A DNA stretch of 64,000 bases from assembly GCA_964525935.1 (NCBI GenBank), contig CAZGJZ010000007.1, positions 43,336 to 107,335 on the forward strand, read 5' to 3'. Below are positions 27,202 to 38,826 of this stretch, in pieces. Under the pieces are notes generated by a model. It was given only the letters and a program-made list of their open reading frames with translations, searched no databases and had not been told where the DNA came from. Position 1 is the first letter of the stretch. Every line of letters begins with the position of its first letter. The translations under genes and the position numbers were made by a program. Source of the stretch: an uncultured Opitutaceae bacterium. GTDB lineage: Bacteria; Verrucomicrobiota; Verrucomicrobiia; Opitutales; Opitutaceae.

Positions 27202-27495
27202 GAGGAGATGGAGACAAGGACATACACGGCATGCAAGACGCCCGCAGTTGCCAGCGGTTACAGCGGAAAGCTATGACGAATCGCCGGCTTGACGGAGCCG
27301 GCCGCCCCTGCCTGTCTCCCACCTCAAGTTAATGCGAAACACGCTGCAGGCCCTTCGACTTACCACCACGCACGGTCTCTAAAAGCCGTTACGGCTGATC
27401 GTGCGTCCCCGCCTGCCTGCCAAGTCCGCCGCGTAAAGCGTGCGTTTCTCCGTCTGCTTCCCTACGTTTTTCAACCAGTCCGAGTCTGTTTCGCC

Positions 27496-29163
27496 ATGCA
27501 ACCTGCTCCCGTTACGAAATACCGTCCTTTCCCGCCTGTCGCGCTGCCCAACCGCCAGTGGCCCAATCGCGTGCTCAACCGCGCCCCCATGTGGTGCAGC
27601 GTCGATCTCCGCGACGGCAATCAGGCCCTCGCCCAGCCGATGAACATCGCCGAGAAACTCGAGTATTTCGAACTGCTCGTGAAGATCGGCTTCAAGGAAA
27701 TCGAGGTCGGTTTCCCCAGCGCCTCACAGATCGAGTTCGATTTCATCCGCCGCCTCATCGAGGAAAAACGCATCCCCGACGATGTCGCCATCCAGATCCT
27801 CTGCCAGTGTCGCGAGGAGCTCATCACGCGCTCCTGCGAGTCGCTGCGCGGCGCCAAGAACGTTATCTTCCATCTCTACAACTCGACGTCGCCTGCCCAG
27901 CGCCAGCATGTCTTCAATGCCACGCGCGCCGACATCGTCGCCATCGCGACGCGCGGCACCGCCTGGGTGAAGCAACACACCGCCGCGCTCAGCGCCGCAG
28001 GCACGCACGTGCGCTTCGAGTATTCGCCGGAGAGTTTCACGAGCACCGAGCTCGATTTCGCGCTGGAGATTTGCGAAGCCGTGACCGACGTCTGGCAGCC
28101 GACCGTTGCGAACAAAATCATTCTCAACCTCCCCGCCACCGTCGAATACACCACGCCCAACGTCCACGCCGACCAGATTGAGTGGATGTCCACGCACCTC
28201 ACGCGCCGCGACCGCACGCTCATCTCGCTGCACACACACAACGACCGCGGCACCGGCATCGCCGCCACCGAACTGGCGTTGCTCGCTGGCGCCGACCGCG
28301 TCGAGGGCACGCTCTTCGGTAATGGTGAACGCACTGGCAATCTCGACCTCGTTACCGTCGCGCTGAATCTCTACACGCAGGGCGTTCACCCGCAACTGGA
28401 CTTCAGCGACATCAACGGCATTCGCGAAGTTTACGAGCGTTGCACCAAGCTCGAGGTGCCCGCCCGCGCGCCCTACGCTGGCGAACTCACCTTCACCGCC
28501 TTCAGCGGCTCGCATCAGGACGCCATCAAAAAATCCTGGGCCGTCCAAAAACCCGACGCACCGTGGGATGTGCTCTACATCCCCATCGATCCTGCCGACA
28601 TCGGTCGCAGCTACAAGGCCATCATCCGCATCAACTCACAGTCGGGCAAAGGCGGCGTCGCCTACATCCTCGAAAACGAGTTCGGCTATACCTTGCCCAA
28701 GCTCATGCACAAGGAGATCGGCAAAGTCGTCAACGACCTCGCCGACCGCACCGGCCGCGAGCTCACCGCCGCCGAAATCCATGCCGCGTTTGAGACCGAA
28801 TACCTCGCGCGCACGGCGCCCATTGCGCTGGAGCATTTCAAGACCACCGAGCGCGACAGCGCCGTGCAATGCGAGGCCCGCATCACCCTCGACGGCACCG
28901 CGCACCAACTCGCCGCCGACGGCAACGGTCCGATCGACGCCTTCGTGCGCGCCCTCGGCACCACGCCCCTGCCCCGCTTCACCGTGCTCAGCTACGCGGA
29001 GCATTCCCTCGGTCAGGGCGCCGAAGCCCGCGCGGTCAGCTACATTCAAATCAAGACCGACCGGGGCCTCACGCTCTTCGGCGCCGGCATCGACACCAAC
29101 ATCGAGCTCGCCTCCATCAAGGCCATCGTCAGCGCCCTCAACCGCGCGCTCGCGAAAACCTGA
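27496..29163 (+). CDS. leuA: 2-isopropylmalate synthase (long, LeuA type 2)
   Basis: ORF-track 27289..29163. ATG 27496 gives MQPAPVTKYRPFPPVALPNRQWPNRVLNRAPMWCSVDLRDGNQAL. HTHNDRGTG motif. Confidence 0.9.
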   Translation: MQPAPVTKYRPFPPVALPNRQWPNRVLNRAPMWCSVDLRDGNQALAQPMNIAEKLEYFELLVKIGFKEIEVGFPSASQIEFDFIRRLIEEKRIPDDVAIQILCQCREELITRSCESLRGAKNVIFHLYNSTSPAQRQHVFNATRADIVAIATRGTAWVKQHTAALSAAGTHVRFEYSPESFTSTELDFALEICEAVTDVWQPTVANKIILNLPATVEYTTPNVHADQIEWMSTHLTRRDRTLISLHTHNDRGTGIAATELALLAGADRVEGTLFGNGERTGNLDLVTVALNLYTQGVHPQLDFSDINGIREVYERCTKLEVPARAPYAGELTFTAFSGSHQDAIKKSWAVQKPDAPWDVLYIPIDPADIGRSYKAIIRINSQSGKGGVAYILENEFGYTLPKLMHKEIGKVVNDLADRTGRELTAAEIHAAFETEYLARTAPIALEHFKTTERDSAVQCEARITLDGTAHQLAADGNGPIDAFVRALGTTPLPRFTVLSYAEHSLGQGAEARAVSYIQIKTDRGLTLFGAGIDTNIELASIKAIVSALNRALAKT

Positions 29164-29186
29164 TTCCTGCGCCAGCCTGCTGCCGG

Positions 29187-30302
29187 ATGAAATACGTTCC
29201 CGCGAAACCGCCGCTCACCGGCGAGACTCTCGACACCCTCACCGCGCGCCTCAAGGAGCGCGGTGAGCCGGGCTTTCGCGCGAAGCAGATCCTCGAGTGG
29301 GTTTACAAAAAGCGTGCCCGCAGCTGGGACGAGATGACCAATCTTTCCAAGCCGCTCCGCACGTGGCTCGACGAGACCTTCGAGCTCATGCCCGTCTCCC
29401 TCGTGCTCAACAAGCAGTCCGAGGACGTCACGGACAAACTCCTCCTTGGCCTCGGCGATCGCTCGCTCATCGAGACCGTCATCATCCGCGTGCCGCAGGA
29501 AGGCGTCGGCCTCGACGAGTCGCGCAAGACCATCTGCATCTCCACGCAGGTCGGCTGCGCCATGGGCTGCGTGTTCTGCGCCTCCGGCCTCGCCGGCCTC
29601 AAGCGCGACCTCAACGCCGGCGAGATCGTCGCCCAGCTCTTGCAGGTTTGCTACCGCGAGGACGCCCGCACGCCACGCGCGCGCATGGAACTCGTCTCCT
29701 TCGACAACATCGTGGTCATGGGCATGGGCGAGCCGCTCGCCAACTACGACGCCATCATCCGCGCCCTCACCATCGTCAACGCCGAGTGGGGCCTCGGCTT
29801 CGGCGCCCGCCGCATCACGCTCTCGACCAGCGGTCTCGTCCCGAAAATCCTCAAGCTCGCCGACGAACCGCTCGGCATCCGCCTCGCCATCTCGTTGCAC
29901 GGCGCCACCGACGAGGTCCGCGAGAAAATCATGCCCGTCAACAAGGCCTACCCGCTGGAGAAACTCCTCCCCGCGATCAAAGCCTTCAACGAAAAGCACG
30001 GTCGCATGGTCACGCTCGAGTTTATCCTCATCGAAGAGATCAACGATTCGCTCGATCAGGCCGAAAAGCTTCGCGACATCGCCCTCGACCTTCACGCCCA
30101 CGTGAACCTCATCCCTTACAACACCGTGGATGGCCTCCCTTGGAAGCGCCCCAGCGTCACCCGCCAGGAACGCTTTGCCGACATCCTCCGGGATGCCCGT
30201 GTCTCGGTGACCCTTCGCCGCGAAAAAGGCCACGACATCGACGCCGCCTGCGGCCAGCTCCGCCTCAAGACCGAGCAGGACCGCAACCTGGCCACGGCCT
30301 GA
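29187..30302 (+). CDS. rlmN: 23S rRNA/tRNA (adenine-C2)-methyltransferase, radical SAM
   Basis: ORF-track 28869..30302; ATG 29187. FRAKQILEWVY, CISTQVGCAMGCVFCASG, and GHDIDAACGQL at the C-terminus. Confidence 0.9.
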   Translation: MKYVPAKPPLTGETLDTLTARLKERGEPGFRAKQILEWVYKKRARSWDEMTNLSKPLRTWLDETFELMPVSLVLNKQSEDVTDKLLLGLGDRSLIETVIIRVPQEGVGLDESRKTICISTQVGCAMGCVFCASGLAGLKRDLNAGEIVAQLLQVCYREDARTPRARMELVSFDNIVVMGMGEPLANYDAIIRALTIVNAEWGLGFGARRITLSTSGLVPKILKLADEPLGIRLAISLHGATDEVREKIMPVNKAYPLEKLLPAIKAFNEKHGRMVTLEFILIEEINDSLDQAEKLRDIALDLHAHVNLIPYNTVDGLPWKRPSVTRQERFADILRDARVSVTLRREKGHDIDAACGQLRLKTEQDRNLATA

Positions 30303-30379
30303 GGTGATCAGCCTCAACATGACGCGACTGCGTATTCTTGCTTTACACATATCAACAAAACTGTATATGTTGATTCGTA

Positions 30380-31258
30380 ATGAAAACCGACCAGCCGATC
30401 TCGGAACTCTTCGCGCAAAACCGCCCGCTGCGTTCGCTGGAATTTTTTCCCCCCAAGGATGATGCCGGTGTCGAAAGCCTCCGCGCCACCGCGACCGCAC
30501 TCCGCCAGATCCAGCCCGATTTCGTCTCCGTCACCTACGGCGCTGGCGGCACCACCCGCGACCGCACGGCTCAGGTCAGCGCGCTCCTGAAATCCGACTT
30601 CGGCTTCACCGTCATGCCGCACCTCACCTGCGTCGGCCATTCGCGCGCCGAGTTGACCGAGGTCGCCGATCGCATTCACGCCAGCGGATTCCGCAACATC
30701 ATGACGCTCCGCGGCGACCCGCCAAAGGGCGAGACGACCTTCACGCCGTCGCCCGACGGCCTGCGCTACGCCAGCGATCTCGTCGCGCTGCTCAAGGCAC
30801 GCCATCCCGATTTCTGTCTTGGCGTCGGCGGCTACCCGGACAAACACCCCGAAGCTCCTTCTCCCGAAGCCGACCTCATCAACCTCAAGCGCAAAGTCGA
30901 CGCCGGTGCCGCCTTCGTCACGACCCAGCTCTTCTTCGACAACGCCACCTACTACCGCTTCGTGGAAAAATGCCGCGCCGCCGGCATCACCGTGCCGATC
31001 GTGCCCGGCATCATGCCCGTGCTTTCGTTGAAGCAAATCCAGCGCTTCACCGCGCTATGCGGCACGACTCTCCCCGCTCCGCTGCTACGTCGCCTGGAAG
31101 CCGCGGCCGAAAATCCCGAGATCGTCGAAATCGTCGGCGTCGACTGGGCGCTCGCCCAAATCCGCGACCTCCTCGCCCACGGCGCCCCCGGTTACCACCT
31201 CTACATCATGAACCGCGCCAAGAGCGCATTGGCCTTGGCCGCCGGTCTGACCGCGTAA
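30380..31258 (+). CDS. metF: methylenetetrahydrofolate reductase
   Basis: 292 aa. SLEFFPPK, VSVTYGAGG, HLTC, LRGDPP and TQLFFD motifs. Confidence 0.9.
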   Translation: MKTDQPISELFAQNRPLRSLEFFPPKDDAGVESLRATATALRQIQPDFVSVTYGAGGTTRDRTAQVSALLKSDFGFTVMPHLTCVGHSRAELTEVADRIHASGFRNIMTLRGDPPKGETTFTPSPDGLRYASDLVALLKARHPDFCLGVGGYPDKHPEAPSPEADLINLKRKVDAGAAFVTTQLFFDNATYYRFVEKCRAAGITVPIVPGIMPVLSLKQIQRFTALCGTTLPAPLLRRLEAAAENPEIVEIVGVDWALAQIRDLLAHGAPGYHLYIMNRAKSALALAAGLTA

Positions 31259-31261
31259 CGT

Positions 31262-31657
31262 TTATCCGCCCGCCAGCACCGGCTTGAAGCCCGCTTCGCT
31301 CAAGATCTGCGCGATCTTCTCGCGCTGGTCGCCCTGAATCTCGATTACGCCGTCCTTCACGGTCCCGCCACAGCCGCACGCGCCGCGCATTTTTTTGCAC
31401 AGCGACTCCTTTTCCGGGAGCCCGATGCCGATAAAGCCACTGACGGTCGTCACCGTTTTGCCGCCGCGCCCGCCCGTCTCGCGTCGGATTTCCACCCGCC
31501 CGCGGTTTTTCTCCTCCTTTTTTGGCGGCAGCGCCTTTCCGGTTTCTGGTTTCCTCAATCCGGTATCCTGCGGCAGCCCCGCCGCGCTCAGCGCCCCAAA
31601 CGGGTTTTGCCCCAGTCCACTGCCGCCATCCGTTGAAATTTTCCCATTCGTGTTCAT
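31262..31657 (-). CDS. yciH: SUI1/YciH family translation initiation factor
   Basis: 131 aa. C-terminal SUI1 domain (VEIRRETGGRGGKTVTTVSGF ... CGCGGTVKDGVIEIQGDQREKIAQIL). Confidence 0.8.
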   Translation of the reverse strand: MNTNGKISTDGGSGLGQNPFGALSAAGLPQDTGLRKPETGKALPPKKEEKNRGRVEIRRETGGRGGKTVTTVSGFIGIGLPEKESLCKKMRGACGCGGTVKDGVIEIQGDQREKIAQILSEAGFKPVLAGG

Positions 31658-31734
31658 TCGATAATTCAGCGTTTCCGTTCTTCAGCGCTTTCGTGATTCA
31701 GTCTTTTCGTCAGCCTTATTCGCCCCAGCGGCCA

Positions 31735-31974
31735 TCACTTCGCGGCGCGTCCGCCGCACGATCCCACCGGGATATCGCTCTCCCCACCGAGAAACAGCAG
31801 GGCCTTCGCATAGCTCCTACGTTCCATGAAATGAACAAGTTGCGGATGCATCTCCGCCCGTCCTTGCACCAGAAAATCATCCAGCTTCTCCATCTGTGCA
31901 GCGATCACCACTCCATCAGCGCGCTTGATGCCGTCGAGCAGCAGAATAAGGGATGCTTTAATTTGGGTCTCCAT
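31735..31974 (-). CDS. small hypothetical protein
   Basis: 79 aa ORF, non-overlapping, with reasonable composition. No family recognised with confidence. Confidence 0.4.
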   Translation of the reverse strand: METQIKASLILLLDGIKRADGVVIAAQMEKLDDFLVQGRAEMHPQLVHFMERRSYAKALLFLGGESDIPVGSCGGRAAK

Positions 31975-32165
31975 GGCGTGGTGATGAAGAAACTAATCCC
32001 TCTGCTACTGCCCTTAAGCGCGTTTGCAATCTCCTATCCATCGCCGCGCCGACCTTGTGTCTCCCTCCACCCCGTGATGCATTGATAATTCACAACTTCG
32101 CGGCACACTGGCGAGCACGCTCCCTAACGTGTTTTGTCCGTGTGCCTTCCTTATTCCATTCCTTC

Positions 32166-34970
<2,805 letters not shown>

Positions 34971-35007
34971 TATTCCCAGACCCCAAACCCTATATCCTAT
35001 TTTTCAC

Positions 35008-36237
35008 ATGCCACTCGAAGTCAAAATCCCGCCGATGGGCGAATCGATCAACTCCGGCGTCCTCGCCAAATGGCACGTCAAGGACGGCGACACCGTCAAG
35101 AAGGACCAACCCTTGTTCGAACTCGAAACCGACAAGATCACCTCCGAGGGCACCGCCGAAGCCGCCGGCAAGATCACCCTCAAAGTCGCCGCCGGCACCG
35201 AGGTGAAAATCGGTGAAGTCGTCGCCAGCATCGACTCCGCCGCCGCCGGCGCGACGGCCTCGGCACCAGCCACCGCAGCCTCCGCTCCGGCAGTCGAAAA
35301 TCCCAAATCGAAAATCGAAAATTCCGCGACGCAGTCGCCCGCCGTCCGCCGCCTCGCCGCCGAAACCGGCATCGATCCCGCCAGCGTCGCCGGCACCGGC
35401 AAAGCCGGCCGCGTCACCAAGGGCGACATGCTCGCCGCGACCGAAGCCAAGCCCGCTGCAGCTCTCGCGCCCATGGCGCCGAGCCCTGCGCCCATCGAAA
35501 ACCCTAAATCGAAAATCGAAAATTCCTCGTCCGTCTCCGCCAAACAGACGCGCAAAAAGCTCTCACCCCTCCGCAAGCGCATCGCCGAGCGTCTCGTGCA
35601 GGCGCAGCACGAAGCCGCCATGCTCACCACGTTCAACGAGGTCGACATGTCCGCCGTCATGGAGCTGCGCAAAAAATACCAGGACGACTTCGTGAAGAAG
35701 CACGGCATCAAGCTCGGCTTCATGTCCTTCTTCACCAAGGCCGTCGTGCAGGCCCTCAAGGACGTCCCCGCCATCAACGCCCAGTTTGCCGGCGACGAAG
35801 TCATCCAGAATAATTACTACGACGTCGGCGTCGCCGTCTCCACCGAGAAGGGCCTCATGGTCCCCGTCATCCGCAACTGCGACACGCTCAGCATGGCCGG
35901 CATCGAGCAGGCCATCGGCGACGTCGCCAAGCGCGCGCGCGACGGCAAGATCACGCTCGCCGACCTCGAAGGCGGCGTTTTCACGATCACCAACGGCGGC
36001 ATCTTCGGCTCGATGCTCTCGACGCCGATTCTCAATGCCCCGCAAAGCGCCATCCTCGGCCTCCACGCGATCAACGACCGACCCATGGCCGTCAACGGCC
36101 AGGTCGTCATCCGTCCGATGATGTATCTCGCGCTGAGCTACGATCACCGCCTCGTCGACGGCAAGGAAGCCGTCACCTTCCTCGTCAAAGTAAAGCAAGC
36201 CATCGAGGATCCCGCCCGCCTGCTCATCGGAGCCTGA
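35008..36237 (+). CDS. sucB: dihydrolipoyllysine-residue succinyltransferase (E2 of the 2-oxoglutarate dehydrogenase complex)
   Basis: 409 aa. Lipoyl domain (ELETDKIT), PSBD ([32 protein letters not shown]), catalytic DHRLVDG. Confidence 0.95.
   Translation: MPLEVKIPPMGESINSGVLAKWHVKDGDTVKKDQPLFELETDKITSEGTAEAAGKITLKVAAGTEVKIGEVVASIDSAAAGATASAPATAASAPAVENPKSKIENSATQSPAVRRLAAETGIDPASVAGTGKAGRVTKGDMLAATEAKPAAALAPMAPSPAPIENPKSKIENSSSVSAKQTRKKLSPLRKRIAERLVQAQHEAAMLTTFNEVDMSAVMELRKKYQDDFVKKHGIKLGFMSFFTKAVVQALKDVPAINAQFAGDEVIQNNYYDVGVAVSTEKGLMVPVIRNCDTLSMAGIEQAIGDVAKRARDGKITLADLEGGVFTITNGGIFGSMLSTPILNAPQSAILGLHAINDRPMAVNGQVVIRPMMYLALSYDHRLVDGKEAVTFLVKVKQAIEDPARLLIGA
35294..35325 (+). repeat. AT-rich TCGAAAA-word module, in-frame copy 1 inside sucB
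   Basis: tcgaaaatcccaaatcgaaaatcgaaaattcc encodes (V)[10 protein letters not shown] in the linker before the PSBD. Confidence 0.8.
35495..35526 (+). repeat. AT-rich TCGAAAA-word module, in-frame copy 2 inside sucB
   Basis: tcgaaaaccctaaatcgaaaatcgaaaattcc (30/32 identical to copy 1, 201 nt downstream) encodes (I)[10 protein letters not shown] in the linker after the PSBD. Confidence 0.8.
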
Positions 36238-36258
36238 TGCGCCGGAGTTGAGCGCCAT

Positions 36259-36316
36259 GAGTTGAGGGTTGAGAGACCGATCAACTTTTCCGCTCCCAAC
36301 TCTCAACCCTCAACTC
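36259..36316. repeat. word-built palindromic element (GTTGAGRG words) filling the sucB-lpd spacer
   Basis: Perfect 17-bp inverted repeat gagttgagggttgagag / ctctcaaccctcaactc with a 24-nt loop. Additional word copies flank it. Confidence 0.75.
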
Positions 36317-36332
36317 TCAGCTTTCAACTCTC

Positions 36333-37706
36333 ATGGATTCCTACGACCTCATCGTCATCGGCGCCGGCCCTGGTGGCTACGTGTGCGCCTTCCGCGCCGC
36401 GCAGCTCGGCCTCAAGGTCGCCCTCATCGACAAGCGCGCCACCCTCGGCGGCACCTGCCTCAATGTCGGCTGCATTCCCAGCAAGGCGCTTCTCGCCTCC
36501 TCCGAGCACTTCGTCTTCACCCAAAAGCATGCCGCCGAACACGGCATCAAAACCGGCGAGGTCACCATCGACATCGCCGCCATGCTCAAGAAGAAGGATG
36601 GCATCGTCGCCAAGATGACCGGCGGTATCTCCCTCCTCGCCAAGGCCCGCAAGATCACCGTCCTCACCGGCGCCGCCAAATTCGTCTCCGCCAACACCGT
36701 AGCCGTCGGCGACCAGCAACTCACCGCGAAGAACATCGTCATCGCCACCGGCTCCGCACCGGTCGAGCTGCCGTTCATGAAATTTGACGGCGAGACGGTC
36801 ATCTCGTCCGACCACGCCATCGCACTGACTTCCGTCCCGAAGAAACTCGTGGTCGTCGGCGGTGGCGCCATCGGCCTCGAACTCGGCTCCGTCTGGTCGC
36901 GCCTCGGCGCCGATGTCACCATCGTTGAATTTCTCCCGAAAATCGCCGCCGCCAACGACGACGATGTCGTTCGCAACTACACCCGCCTGCTCCAGAAACA
37001 GGGTCTCAAGATCGAGTGCGGCGCCAAGGTCACCGGCTTCGCCAAGGGCGTCCTCACCGCCGAGCGCGACGGCAAGGTCCTCGAATTTCCCGCCGACAAA
37101 GTCCTCGTCGCCGTCGGCCGCCGGCCCTACGCCGACAACCTCAATCTCGCCGCCGCCGGGGTCGAACTCACCGACAAAAAGCGCATCAAGGTCGACGCCC
37201 ACCTCAAGACCACCGCCGCCGGCGTGTGGGCCATTGGTGATGTGATCGACGGTCCGATGCTCGCCCACAAAGCCGAGGAAGACGGCATCGCCGTCGCCGA
37301 GTGGATCGCCGGCAAGCACGGCCACGTAAACTGGGATCTCATGCCCGCCATCATTTACACCGAGCCGGAGGTCGCCTCCGTCGGTCTCGGCGAAGATGCC
37401 GCCAAGGCCAAGGGCCTCGCGATCAATGTCGGCAAATTCAACTTCGCCGCCAACGCCCGCGCGCTCGCCAACGACGGCGGCGACGGCTTCGTGAAGATCA
37501 TCGCCGACGCCAAGACCGACAGGATTCTCGGCGCTCAGATCCTCGGCAAGAACGCCGGTGAACTCATCAGCGAGATCGTGACGCACATGGAATACGGCGG
37601 CAGCGCCGAGGACCTCGCCCGCACGATCCACGCCCACCCGACGATGAGCGAAGCCGTCAAGGAAGCCGGCCTCGCCGTCAGCAAGCGCGCGATCCACGCC
37701 TTGTAA
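36333..37706 (+). CDS. lpdA: dihydrolipoyl dehydrogenase (E3)
   Basis: 457 aa. GAGPGGY, redox-active GGTCLNVGCIPSK, HAHPT near the C-terminus. Confidence 0.95.
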   Translation: MDSYDLIVIGAGPGGYVCAFRAAQLGLKVALIDKRATLGGTCLNVGCIPSKALLASSEHFVFTQKHAAEHGIKTGEVTIDIAAMLKKKDGIVAKMTGGISLLAKARKITVLTGAAKFVSANTVAVGDQQLTAKNIVIATGSAPVELPFMKFDGETVISSDHAIALTSVPKKLVVVGGGAIGLELGSVWSRLGADVTIVEFLPKIAAANDDDVVRNYTRLLQKQGLKIECGAKVTGFAKGVLTAERDGKVLEFPADKVLVAVGRRPYADNLNLAAAGVELTDKKRIKVDAHLKTTAAGVWAIGDVIDGPMLAHKAEEDGIAVAEWIAGKHGHVNWDLMPAIIYTEPEVASVGLGEDAAKAKGLAINVGKFNFAANARALANDGGDGFVKIIADAKTDRILGAQILGKNAGELISEIVTHMEYGGSAEDLARTIHAHPTMSEAVKEAGLAVSKRAIHAL

Positions 37707-37857
37707 GCCGGCTTGACTGTCCCTGCGCGCACCTCACCGTTCACGCCCATGTCCATTTCCGTCGTCCTTCGTAAACTCGCTGCCTGGCGCGCCGTCGTGT
37801 GCCTGCGCGGATTTGCGTGCTGATGCGGAATTGACCAACCAACCGCCTCCTCCTCGC

Positions 37858-37889
37858 AACCGCGCCCTATCCGGCGCGGTTTTTTATTT
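37858..37889 (+). terminator. intrinsic terminator ~150 nt after the lpd stop
   Basis: aaccgcgcc-ctatcc-ggcgcggtt followed by ttttatttg. Confidence 0.8.
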
Positions 37890-37916
37890 GCCCCGCCGGT
37901 GCGGCCCTCCCGCCCA

Positions 37917-38798
37917 ATGAAGCATCCGTCCACCTCATCCCGCCACACGCGCAGCATCCTGTTGATGCTGCTCTCCGCCGTCTTCTTCACGGCCAACGCG
38001 CTCATCATCCGCGCGCTCGGCACCGTGCAGGCCGTCGATGTGTGGCTGCTGGCCTGCGTGCGTTTCATCGTGGGCCTCGGTCTCATCATGGCCGTCTTCC
38101 GCGTCGGTCCCGAATCGTTTCAACCCGGCAACCTGTTCCGCCACCGCCGTCTGATCGCGCGCGGAATCGCGGGCAGTCTCGGTGTCTACGGTTACTACCT
38201 CACCGTCGTGCATCTCGGTGCCGGACGCGCCACGTTCATCAACAACACCTACGTCGTCCTCGGCGCCATCCTCGCCGTCCTCATGCTCGGCGAACGCTTC
38301 CGGCCCATTCTCGGCATCGGCGCGCTCATGGCCCTGGCCGGCCTTGCACTCATCACCAACGTCATCACCACCGGTGCCCAGGTAAACGTCTACGACCTCG
38401 TCGCCATCGCCGCGGCCTTCGTCTCCGCCTACATCGTCGTCACGATCCGCCAGCTCCACGCCGAGGGCGAACACACCTCGACGATCTTCGCCGCCCAATG
38501 CGTCTACGGCCTGCTGCTCTGCATCGTTCCCGCTGTCGTTACGTGGGCGCCACATCCCCCGCTCGCATGGGGCCTGATGTTCGTGGGCGCCATCTGCGCC
38601 AGCAGTGGGCAAATCCTGATGACCCGCGCTTTCCGCGACCTGCCCGTCGGCGAAGGTTCACTCCTCCAAATGCTCGTGCCGCTCGGCATCGCCGTCGGCG
38701 GCGCAGTATTTTTCGCCGAGCGCTTTTCACCCGCCGAACTCATCGGCGCCACGCTCATCCTCATCGGCACCGCTCTTCCAGCTGTTCGTAAAGCGTAG
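37917..38798 (+). CDS. EamA/DMT-family transporter
   Basis: ORF-track 37899..38798 (GTG); ATG at 37917. Ten hydrophobic segments forming two EamA-like halves. Confidence 0.8.
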   Translation: MKHPSTSSRHTRSILLMLLSAVFFTANALIIRALGTVQAVDVWLLACVRFIVGLGLIMAVFRVGPESFQPGNLFRHRRLIARGIAGSLGVYGYYLTVVHLGAGRATFINNTYVVLGAILAVLMLGERFRPILGIGALMALAGLALITNVITTGAQVNVYDLVAIAAAFVSAYIVVTIRQLHAEGEHTSTIFAAQCVYGLLLCIVPAVVTWAPHPPLAWGLMFVGAICASSGQILMTRAFRDLPVGEGSLLQMLVPLGIAVGGAVFFAERFSPAELIGATLILIGTALPAVRKA

Positions 38799-38818
38799 GG
38801 GCGCACCCGGTGCGCCCC
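38795..38818. repeat. single GTAG-headed REP hairpin
   Basis: GTAG-gggcgca-cccgg-tgcgcccc. The GTAG contains the TAG stop (38796-38798) of the transporter gene. Confidence 0.6.
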
Positions 38819-38826
38819 GCACGACT

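Noticed and set aside
27332-27382. 16-codon upstream ORF (MRNTLQALRLTTTHGL) followed by hairpins in the 290-nt leuA leader; possible leucine attenuator.
   Set aside because: It has only scattered Leu codons with no consecutive run, and I could not define a clear terminator/antiterminator alternative. Too weak to call.
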